Positions 11,508-22,400 of a stretch of 64,000 bases of DNA are shown piece by piece. The stretch is from Camelus ferus (Eukaryota): assembly GCF_009834535.1 (NCBI RefSeq), contig NC_045705.1, positions 66,030,001 to 66,094,000 on the forward strand. The letters are read 5' to 3'. Each line of letters begins with the position of its first letter. Position 1 is the stretch's first letter. The translations under genes and the position numbers were made by a program. A model generated the notes under the pieces. It saw only the letters and a program-made list of their open reading frames with translations. It was not told where the DNA came from and did not search any database.

Positions 11508-12710
11508 TCATGTGCCTCCTTCATCAGTACCTTCCTCTGTAATCTCTTTCTCTTCCATAGAAACAGATTCATCAGTATTATCATTCCTTCCATCCAAGAC
11601 ATCCTCCTCAACCTCCACCCCTTCCTCAGTCTCTTCTAGCTCTTCATCAGTCTCCTCTACCCTTTCAGAAGGAATTTCCATCTCAGCATCAGTAATTTCT
11701 ATCAATCTTTCATCACTAGTAACTTCTACCACTCTTTCAATTTTCTTTTCATTTATGCTCCCCATTCTTAAACCCTCCAGCTTCTCTCCACTAGTCCCCA
11801 GCTTCTCCCTACTGGATCCCAGCTTCTCTGCAATTGACCGACGTCTATCTCCAGTGGATCTCAAATCCTCTCCACTAGACCCCAGCTTCTCTCCCCTGGA
11901 TCCCCTCTTCTCTCCCCTAAACACCAGCTTCTCTCCACTCTGCCTTAGCCTCTCTCCACTGGACCTCAGATTCTCTCCACTTGACCTTAGCTTCTCTCTA
12001 CTCAATCTCAGCTTCTCCACACTCGACCTCAGCTTCTCTCCACTTGAACTCAGCTTCTCTCCACTTGACCTCAGCTTCTCTCTACTCGATCTCAGCTTCT
12101 CCACACTCGACCTCAGCTTCTCTCCACTCAGCTTCTCTCCACTTGACCTCAGCTCCTCTTCATTGTGCCCTAGCTTATATCCTCGGGATCTCAAGTCCTC
12201 TCCACTGGTTTCCACTCCAGTGAACTTCAACCTCTCTTTAAACCCAGACCCTCGCCTAGACCCTGCATTCTCAGATTCAGCCCCTGTTTTGTGTCTCACG
12301 TCTTGCTTTCCTCCCACCTCCTTTGAGCTGTCTTTCCCCAAACCTGCTGAAGCCTGTAATGCACTTGCTACAGTGTGCACTCGTTTCACATCCATCCTCT
12401 CCTGACTCCGACCTAACTTTTCTCTCAAGACTGTCTTTCCCACATCTTCCAGTCTCCAGTACTCAGACTCAGGCTTCGGGTCCCACATCCTTGGCTTTTG
12501 CGTATTTCTAACCAGGAGCTCCATTCTCTTCCCAATCACAATGAGCCCGTTCCAAGGCATCCACAGTTTTTCTCGCATAATCTGCGCCCCTCTACTTCCT
12601 GGCTCCAGTTGCGACCGCCCGAGGACCCCAGCCTGGCTGAGGGCGCCCTGGCCGTGGGTCTTGTCGCGCCCCCTCGCTGCCCTGTGTGGCTTACCCCGCC
12701 ACTCCCTCAT
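11508..12710 (-). CDS. Uncharacterised intronless ~400-aa protein with a 7-aa (SSGEKLR) repeat domain and Glu-rich C-terminus
   Basis: The frame is open from 12749 (GTG). First ATG at 12710 has A at -3 (AACATGA); stop TGA at 11508-11510. The indel visible inside the repeat preserves the frame. The 5' end lies in the CpG island shared with SNX32. No homologue recognised. Confidence 0.6.
   Translation of the reverse strand: MREWRGKPHRAARGRDKTHGQGALSQAGVLGRSQLEPGSRGAQIMREKLWMPWNGLIVIGKRMELLVRNTQKPRMWDPKPESEYWRLEDVGKTVLREKLGRSQERMDVKRVHTVASALQASAGLGKDSSKEVGGKQDVRHKTGAESENAGSRRGSGFKERLKFTGVETSGEDLRSRGYKLGHNEEELRSSGEKLSGEKLRSSVEKLRSSREKLRSSGEKLSSSGEKLRSSVEKLRLSREKLRSSGENLRSSGERLRQSGEKLVFRGEKRGSRGEKLGSSGEDLRSTGDRRRSIAEKLGSSREKLGTSGEKLEGLRMGSINEKKIERVVEVTSDERLIEITDAEMEIPSERVEETDEELEETEEGVEVEEDVLDGRNDNTDESVSMEEKEITEEGTDEGGT
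11775..12209. repeat. 21-bp minisatellite, ~21 copies (unit CTTCTCTCCACTTGACCTCAG on + strand)
   Basis: Read directly. The reverse complement CTGAGGTCAAGTGGAGAGAAG encodes LRSSGEK. Confidence 0.95.
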
Positions 12711-13350
12711 GTTCCAGTAGGGAAATCCAAACGGAACCCGCTTGTCCACAGACAGCTCCTGCCCTCGTCCCTAGTCCGCCACCCCAACCCCGGCTCCCCA
12801 TTCCCACCCCACCGCACCCTCCCACCCAGACCACTGGCCCATCGCCCCACCCACCGCCTGGAGGGCGCGAGACTGGGCTAGTGCGCACGCGCAGACCGCG
12901 CGAGGCCGTTGGAAGGTGCGGCCCAGAGCGGCGGCTGGAGGGATTCAGCCAGCCTGGGGCGGGGGCTGACGGGACACGAGATGTCTGCGACCCTAGAGCC
13001 CCCACGAATCCAGCCCCTACGCCATAGCCCATTCCTGGCCCTTTTAGTTCCGTGCTTCCCCTTAAAATGTGGGGCCTGGGCACACGAACGACAGACCTTA
13101 CAGCCAATGGTGTCCCGCACCATAAATCTGGTATCCAATCAAAAGGCGAGGCTGCGAGGGCCCGGCGTGGGAACCACGCCCGACTTCAGGTGACTCTATG
13201 GCAGGGAGGGGAGAGTGTCTCCATCAGCTGATAGGATCCCCATTCCAGTCCGTTCTTCGGGGCGAGTTACTGGGGACCAAGCTGCGGGAGCGTGCGGGCA
13301 GTGTGACCTGTCGCGGAATCTTTGCGTGCTGTAGTCGAGGAGGAGAGTGA
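12560..13350. promoter_or_regulatory. CpG-rich bidirectional promoter (SNX32 / unknown ORF)
   Basis: CpG-dense. NRF1-like TGCGCACGCGCA at 12882-12893. CCAAT boxes at 13104-13108 and 13135-13139. Confidence 0.7.
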
Positions 13351-13463
13351 TGGAGGAGCATCAAGAGGCTGGGAAGGAGAGCAAGGTAGAGAAAGGATGC
13401 AACCCCCTCTGCCAACCTCCGCCTCACTCCATGATACCCAGTGATGCCCAATCAGGGAGTGGG

Positions 13464-13494
<31 letters not shown>

Positions 13495-16400
13495 TTCGCG
13501 CTCACGCGTGAGCTAGAGAGAGAAGATACCTGAGAAGGGGGGTTGGGCGCCTCTGTGGCATCTGCATGGGGACTGGTGAAGATGCCAAAGGAGGCAGGGT
13601 TTACCTTTGCCTTGACAGATGGAAAAGGACCTGTCACTCTTACTCCTTCCCTCCGCAAAATCGACGCATGCTGATTTGTTGGGGAAGAAGAGGGAAGGAT
13701 GTTAGGGATTGAGAAAGGGCTTGAGTACCTTCCTCCTTTCCCAAGGTGAGGGGAATCCTCAGCACTAGTGGCTTCACATGTGTATCTGTATTCATATAAT
13801 CGTAAGTCCATTCATTCTTCATTGTTTTCTCTTGACTTCATTTAACAAATAGTTTCTGAGCATCTTTGTGCCGAGGCTGATTGGGGCTGGACATACAGAG
13901 GTGCACACTTTTAGGGATTGGAGGCATATACCTGCGACTGAGGATAAGAATGCAGCAGCTATGGGCCATCTTTGAAGTCCCATCTTCTTCAAGCAGTTAC
14001 CAAGCAGTGCAGGTCAGAGCAGAGATACTAAGCTGGAAGCAGACAGGAGCGTTGGGGCCTACTGCACCAATGAGCCAGACTGTTTGTTTTGTGTGTGCGT
14101 GTGTGTGTGTGTGTTGTGGGGTGTGGGCAGTTGGACAGAGGAAGATCCTGCCCTAGGGATGTCAGAGAAGCCAAGAAGTGAGGATTAGGGTTCAAGTGGA
14201 GTTTGGAGAGGTGAGAGGGGTTTTGAGACACAAAGTATGGAACAGAAGGCATCTGTTTCAATGTTTATGTTCATATTCATGGTTAAATTAGTTGATATAT
14301 ATAAAATGCTTAGAGCAGTGCCTGTCATATAGGAAGAGCAAATATGTTAGCTATTATATTATTATTATTGTTATCATGTGGGATGCTATGTATTCTGAGG
14401 ATGTGCTGGGCTGTCAAACTAATGGGTGCACCCCCAACCTTTATAGGTGCCAGGCTGTCTGAAAGTCCACTCTTAGACCTTGTCCTCTAGAGTAAGCCAT
14501 TGACTTCTCCAAGATTCTCCTTTAAATATAGAGAAAGGAAAATAATAATAAATGAGTATGTAAGTAAAAAATATTGTAGAGGAGAAAATGAAATAATATA
14601 AAATACTTGACTGATCTAACAGAAGTCAAGAAAGAATGGATAAAGAAACAAAAGACAGATGGGACAAAGAGAAAACTAAAAGCAAGATGGCACGTTTATA
14701 GCCTACTATATCAGTAATTACAATGATGATGAATGGGCCAGACACTGCAATTAAAAAATAATTTCAGGTTGAATTTTTAAAAGACAACTGTATCCTGTTA
14801 AACAAGACATGCTTTATAAGGACACAGGAATACTGAAAAAAATAATGAAAAATAAACACTATGAGCAAACTAACCGAAAGAATGCTGGTGTGGCTTTATT
14901 AATTTCAGACAAAGTCAACTTTAAGATAAGAAAGAAGTATTACTAGAAATAAAGAGGGATATTTTATAATGATTAAATAATCAATTCAACAGCAAGATAG
15001 AACAGTCCTCAGTTTTATGCACCTAATAACATAGCTTCAAAATATGCAAAGTAAAAAATTACAGAATTAAAAGGAGAAATAGACAAACTTATAATTACAT
15101 TTAGCGGTTTAACACAACTTTCAGTAAGTGTCAACAGACAAAAAAATCAGTAAACATTTAGAAAATTTTAAATAACATGATTAATCAACTTGATAATTGA
15201 TCTGTATAGAACTCTATACCCAACTACTGTAGAAAACACATTCTTTTCAACTGTACATGAAACATATAATGTATTTTGGTAAATACATTGCACTATAGAG
15301 AAAGTATCAACAAATTTTAAAATACTGAATTCATATAGAATGTGACCTCTGGCGGGGAAGTTATAGATCAGTGGTAGAGTGGGTGCTTAGCATGCACTAG
15401 GTCCTGGATTCAATCCCCAGTACCTCCATTAAAAAAAAATAAAACTAATTACCCCACCCCCACCCCCTAGAAAAGAATGTGATCTCTGATCCAGTAGAAT
15501 CAACTAAGAATCAAAACAAAAAAGGAACTAGATTCTAAAGTATTTAAAAATTAACCAGCATACCTCTAAGTAATTCATAAGTCAAAGATATTATTATGGA
15601 AATTAGAAAAACTTTACAGAAATTATTTTGAAAAGATGACATATCAGAACTCATGAGATGCAGTTAAAGCAGTGTCTAAAGGGAAATTTATACCTCCAAA
15701 TGCATATTTTTGGGGAAAAACAAGGTTGAAAAGTCAGTGATCTAATTTTAATCTCAAGAAGCTACATAAAGAGGAGCAAATTGAATCCAAGAAAGTAAAA
15801 GGAAAGAAATAAAAAAGAGCAGAAATCAATAAATAGAAGATAACTTTACATATAGAGAAAATCAATAATGCCAAAAATAATTTTTTGAAAATGTTAATAA
15901 AATTGATAAGCCTCTAGCAAGACTGATAAAAGAGAGAAAGAGCAGGAGGGAGACCAAGAGGGTGAAAGGAAGAAAACATTGATTACCAATATCAGGAATG
16001 CTAAAGGGCACATCACTGGAGATGCTTCAGACATTAAAGAGATAATAAGAGTGTTTAATAACAAACTTACGCCCACAAATTAGAGAATTAAGATGAAAAA
16101 TAAACTCCTCGAAAAATGCAACTTACTGAACCTGAAATTAGAAGTAAAAAAATCTGAGTAGTCCTATGCCTATAATAGGAACTAAATCTGTAATTTAAAA
16201 CTTTTCCAAAAATACCTAAGACCAGGTAACTTCACATGTGAGTTCTTTGAAGCATTAAAGGAAAATTAATATTATTCTTATATAAATTATTCCAAAAAGG
16301 AGAAATGGAGGGCACAATTCCAATTTATCTTAGTAGGACAACATAACCTTGATACAAAACCCATCAAGAGAAGATGGACGATGATGATGGTTGCATAACA

Positions 16401-19400
16401 TTGTGAATTTACTTAATCCCACTGAACTGTTCACTTAACAATGGTTAAAATGGTAAATTTTATGTTATGTATATGTTAACACACACACATACACAAACCC
16501 ATCAAGAACATTATAAGAAAGGAAATATATGGGTTACTATCTCTTGTGAACATGCAAAGATGCAAAGATCACAAATAAAATATTAAGTTTAATAAGCAAT
16601 GTATAAAAAGACAATACGTCATGAGACAGGCCTTCTCTAAGGAATCCAAGGTGGTCTAATGTTTGAAAAATCAATCAGTGAAATTCAGCACATACACAGA
16701 ATAACAGGAAAATCTATATGATATCTAATAAAGGAAGGAAAAAAATCGATAAAACTCAAAACTTATTAAACCAAGCATAGAAGGGAGCCTCATTTACCTG
16801 ATAGAGTATCTAAAAACATCTTCAGGATTAAATTTTCAATGCATTCCCTCTGAGATCAGGAACAAGCCAAGAATTTTCTTTATAACCATATCACCACTTT
16901 TGAATTGTACTGTTAAGTCCTAGCAAGTACAGTAAGGCAAAAAATAAAAGCTATGAAGCTATGAATAAAAGCTTGGAAAGGAAGTCATTATTTTAGATTA
17001 TAGGATTGTATATATAGGGAATTCAAAAGAATCTACAAACTATTAAAAGTAGTAAGTAAACTTAGCAAGGTTCCTGGACACAAAGTACATATATAAAAAT
17101 CAGTTGTGTGTTTCTATATTCTAGCAACAATTAGAAAATGAAATTTAAAAAATATAATTTAAAATATCAACAACAGCAAAAAAAAAAAATACCTAGGAGT
17201 AAATCTAACAAAAGATATGCAAAACCTCTACAGAGAAAACTGCAAACTGTTAACAGAAAAATTAAAGAAGACCTAAGTGATTGGAAAGATATTCCACGTC
17301 CATGAATTGGAAAATTTAGTATCGTAAAAATGTCTGTCCTTCCCAAATTGATCCATAGTTCCAATGTAATCTCAATCAAATACCCACAAGTTTTTTTTCA
17401 GGTGGAAGTTAGCACACTGATTCTAAGATTTATGTTGAGATGCGAAGGATCTAAAATAGCCAAAATGATTTTGAAAAAGAACAAAGTTGATTCTATCTGA
17501 TTTCAAGTTTGCTTATCAATTACAGTAATCAAGAGAGTGTGATATTATCAAAAGTATGACCATATACATCAGTGGAACAGAGAATACAGAACTGATCACA
17601 CTTGGATCAATTGATCTTCTGCTAAAGTGTGCACCAAAGCAAATCAATAGTGAAAAGATAGTCTTTTTTAAACAGTGTTAAAATCACTGGATATTTAGAT
17701 GACAAAAAGGAATCACAACCCATTCCTTTACACTGTATACAAATGAATTGAAAATGGATCATAGACCTAAATATTAATATGTAAAAATGGATCACAGACC
17801 TAAAACTAATTTCTACAAGGAAAAAAATAAGAGAATATCTTCATAGCCTTGGAGTAGGCATGTTCTTCAAGAGTACACAAAAATCCTTAACCATAAAAGG
17901 CTGATATATTGAACTTGTAAAATTATAAGCCATTAAGAGAGTGAAAAGGCAACCCACTGAGTGGAAGATATTGGCAAACATATAACTGACGAAGGGCTCG
18001 TCTTCAGAATATGTAAAGTGTTTCTACAAATCACTAAGAGAAAGATGATTAGATTTTATAAAGAGGACGGCAGGGAGGAGCAAAAGACTTGAATAGGCAC
18101 TTTAAAAAAGAAGATATGAAAATGGCCAATAGGTACATAAGACAGTGTTCAAACTCATTCCTCACAATGCAAGTTAAAGCCGCAGTGCACTGTCACCGCA
18201 CCTCCACCGGTGTGGCTGAAGTTGGAAATAGCTCAATGCAAGAACAAACTAGTAACTTGGTGCCTCACCGATCTTTTCACTTAGAGAAATACGAGTGCTT
18301 GACCTACAAGTCAGGGCCTCTTGGCACTAAAAGTAGTGAATGGAATGGTCTCAGGACCCCCTCAAAACAGGTGGGAACATCTCATCCAACTCACTTTACA
18401 CCTGGTGAAAGTGCACCTGAGGTAACCCCCTGGGAAGGGGTGGGCAGGTAGCTGAGGAAGTGCCTGGGGTTTGGAAAAGAGAAACTCTGTTCAGATCTGG
18501 TCTGGACACTTTGCAGCCGTATAATCTTGGACAAGTTATTTTCTCTCTCTGGTGGTCTCAGAGCCCAGGCCTATAAAATGGGGAGAATTCTGCCTACTTC
18601 AGAGGATGGAAGGGTGAGAAAGTGTAACAGTAAAGCCATGAGCAGTGACTTCTCAGGATCCCTCTGGGGGTAGCCAGCTGGTGACCCCAGCTGTGTGGTG
18701 GAAGTGATGCCACTGAGGTGGGTTCCACAGGAGGACCAGAGCTTGTGGCGAGGTTGGGCAAAGGGGCAGTGGTCAGTCTTGTCAGGGGCCCCCTTCCCCC
18801 ACAGCCTTCCTCCATCTCAGCGGATCTGCCGGGAGACAGCTCCTTGTGGGTGGAGATCTCTGATGCAGTCAGCGAACGGGACAAGGTGAAATTCACTGTT
18901 CAAACCAAGGTGAGGCTGCTTGGGGAGAAAGGGGGTGGTTCAGATGGCTGCCAGTGGAGGCTTCCGGGGCCTGATGAGCCTGCTCCCCTTAGCTTCTGCT
19001 CAGCTGGGGGGCAGATGCCAACACAGCCTTGGGCCCTGTTCCTCAACCTAGCTCTTGCCCCCTGGCCCTCTGAGAAAGTGGGCATCTTGTCTAGTCTCTG
19101 AAAACCTTTGCCTAAGGCTCCAAATCCTAACCATCCCCTGTCCACCATCCTGAGGGAAATCATGTACACTTGATTCCCAACTTGGGCCTCACCTGGGATG
19201 TGACATTGGGGAGGCCCCAAAGTGGGTGTCCAGGAAGCTTGAGGGGTGGAGGTTTTGGAGAGGGGAGAAGAGACACCTCAACACAGGCTTCCCGGCTTTC
19301 AGAGCTGCCTCCCTCACTTCGCCCAGACCGAGTTCTCAGTTGTGCGGCAGCACGAGGAGTTCATCTGGCTGCACGATGCCTTCGTGGAAAATGAGGAGTA

Positions 19401-22400
19401 CGCCGGCCTCATTGTGAGGAGGGGCCGGTGGGCCGGGTGGCAGGGGCACTGGGCACTTGGGTGAGGAGGAAGGTCGGGCCAGGCTTCAGGGTGCGGGGTC
19501 ATGGCCATCTCGACAATGAGAGGCCTCCCAGCTCTGTCCCTCCTTTGAGCAGATACCTCCAGCCCCTCCAAGGCCAGACTTTGAGGCTTCAAGGGAAAAA
19601 CTGCAGAAGTTGGGTGAAGGGGACAGCTGTGTCACACGGGAGGAGTTTGCCAAAATGAAGCAGGAGCTGGAAGCGTGAGTGCCACTTCCCTTCCTTGTCT
19701 GTGACAAAGCCCTGGCCCCAGCTGGGGAACCCCAGTATTTTGCCCCTGACTCTCCCCTATGGGTGCTTAGAGACCGTGCTCCTCACCCCAGGGCTGCTGA
19801 GGGGGAAGAGAGCAGGGTGATCAGAGCCCAAGAGGGCCCTTGAGCAGCCTGCCATTCTCTGCAGGGAGTACCTGGCTATCTTTAAGAAGACAGTTGCAAT
19901 GCATGAAGTCTTTCTTCAGCGCCTGGCAGCCCACCCCACCCTGCGACAAGACCACAATTTCTCTGTCTTTTTGGAATATGGCCAGGATGTGAGCCGGGCA
20001 GGAGACCTGGGGTCACCCCTGGGGGTGGAGGGGCAGGGCTCTAAGTGGGCCCAGGCCTCCATCTCTTCAGCTCTGCCAGTGGCATGTGCCTGGGGCGGGA
20101 GGTGCAGATGCCCACCCTGACATCATTACCCTCCCCACGCATGCCTCAGCTGAGAGTCCGAGGAAAGAACAGGAAGGAGCTTCTTGGGGGGTTTCTGAGG
20201 AATATCGTGAAGTCTGCAGATGAAGCCCTCATCACTGGCATGTCTGGGCTCAAGGTGACTCCCGGGGCCCCTCTCTGGATGCAACCCAGGGCCTCAAGTC
20301 CACAGCAAACACTGAGGCCCAGGGTGGCAGTGGGAGGGAAGCCACTGGTGGGGCCTAGCCTAGACGGAGATTTGCCATCCCTGGGTGTCTGTGGCTGACA
20401 TGTTCCCGGTGACTTGGTGTAAGTGGGTCCTGTCTGGCTCCCTTAGGAGGTGGATGACTTCTTTGAGCATGAGAGGACCTTCCTGCTGGAGTACCACATC
20501 CGCATCCAGGATGCCTGCCTGCAGGCAGACCGAGTCATACACTCTCACAAGAGTACGCAGGGCCCGAGGGGCCCTGGATCTCCCACCCCCTCTCCCCAGT
20601 GGTCCTACTCCCTGGGGGGAGAAGAGAACAGAAATGCCCGGTGTCTGTCTGAGGCCACAGACACCAGGGATGGGGCTTGGCGTGCAGACTCTGATAGAGG
20701 GCTTTTCCCCAGCAGGCCTGGCAGAGGGTTTTAACCCTATCTCGGCTGCACTGAACAGTCTAGGAACACAGGAAGTCAACCAGCTAAAGACGTGAGGACT
20801 CCTCACCCACCCTGCTCTCTTTCTATGCCTGTAATACTGTGTCTGCCCATGAAGGGTCACTCTGTGGAAGCCTACTATCAGCTCCAGGTGGGAGGTGCAG
20901 AAGCTCCTGTTAGGCTTTGGGAGAGAAAGGTTTCCCCAAGAGAGGCCTGAAGGAAGAGAGGCTTTAAGCCCCACTAAGATCCCTGCCCTAACTCCTGCCC
21001 TCTGCCTCCTAGGAGCTTCTTCAAATTGGCAGAGCTCTTTGAACGGTTAAGGGTGAGTACTGCCTTCTGTGTTGAAAGGCCACCCAATGATCCATTGCAG
21101 GGAAGAGCGTCTGAGGAGAGGGGAAAGCTCCAGGTTCATTTTTGAATGTTCAGTGGTAACTTGGGCCTAGTGATGCCCTGACTCACTCTCCAGGATAGTT
21201 TACTAAGAGGTGGAGTGAAGACAGGGATCCAGCCTCAAGTGTGTGTCGTAAAGGAGGAGGTGGTGGCAGCCGGGCTGGCGAGGCACACACAAGGACGTGC
21301 CACGTGCCTCTGCCAGACTGCTGTGCTGCCAACATCCTTCCCCAGGCACACTCTTCCTAAACTCTTCTCCAAGAAAGTCACTGGAGTGTGTCAATCTTTC
21401 TAAAATGTCTGTTGGATTCCACCTCTTCCCTGCTCAAGGCCCTTCAGTGACATTGCCCCTTCCAGAAATTACCCAAGACACAAAGCCCAAAGTCCTTAGC
21501 TTGCATTTTGGACCTTTTGCAGTCTGGCCACTGCCATCCAAGTGCCCCCCACCCGCCCAATTAGGGTTCCCTGAAAACATATCAGGGCTTGCCACACCTG
21601 CAAAGCCTTTGGCTGTTGTCTAATCCCTACTCAACCCCCAAGATCCAGATCAGATGCCACCTCCTTTGTGAAGCCTTCCTCAGTCTGCTCCCCTGAATGT
21701 CAGGGTTTCACCTAGAGTGGCTGTCAAGTGACCCTGCTGGATGTTTAGATGAACAGCAGCACCCCAGCCCTTAGCTGCCCCTCTGCTAGCTCCCTCCCCA
21801 GCTTCCACCTTCCTGTTCAGAAACTAGAGAGCCGAGTGGTTTCTGATGAGGACCTGAAGCTGTCGGATTTGCTGAGATACTACATGCGAGACTCACAGGC
21901 AGCCAAGGTGAGAGGTGGCCCCAGAGCAGACCTCAGGGCTGGAGGCCAGTGGGACTGCAGCCACCAGGGAGGGCAGGCAGGCAGGTGAGGGCTGTGGGCC
22001 AGTGATCCTGCGCCCCTGCCGACCCCAGGACTTGCTGTACCGGCGGCTGCGGGCACTGGCTGACTACGAGAATGCCAACAAGGCCCTGGACAAGGCACGT
22101 ACCAGGAACCGGGAGGTGCGGACCGCGGAGAGCCACCAGCAACTGTGCTGCCAACGCTTTGAACGTCTCTCTGACTCAGCCAAGCAGGGTAAGCCCCACA
22201 GCCCTGGAGCCCCTGCCTGTAGGCTGCCTACCCTGCCAGGGTCCCTCTTCCTCTCCTCTCCAGAGCTCATGGACTTCAAGTCCCGCCGCATCTCCTCCTT
22301 CCGCAAGAACCTCATCGAGCTGGCAGAGCTGGAGCTCAAACACGCTAAGGTGAGCCCTGCAGCATTGTTGAGCCCTCTTGCTGTCTTCCTGGCTTCCCAC

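Larger units (their letters stand above)
14520..18260 (+). mobile_element. Old L1M element: end of inter-ORF spacer and degenerate ORF2 (EN to C-terminal region), with nested insertions (approximate boundaries)
   Basis: EN start-like ATATCAGTAATTACAATGATGATGAATGGGCCAG at ~14708. Recognisable ORF2 relics (GCAGTGTCTAAAGGGAAATTTATA, ATTCCCTCTGAGATCAGGAACAAGCCAAG, CCTAGGAGTAAATCTAACAAAAGATATGCAAAACCTCT). Many stops and frameshifts. Confidence 0.9.

Noticed and set aside
10923-11639. Three + strand hydrophobic, membrane-protein-like ORFs
   Set aside because: Artefacts of the T/C-rich strand opposite the purine-rich decayed coding tail.
11512-12405. 297-aa + strand ORF rich in Ser/Leu/Phe/Pro
   Set aside because: Exact antisense shadow of the repeat ORF. 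It has a pyrimidine-rich low-complexity composition and no promoter or splice support on that strand.
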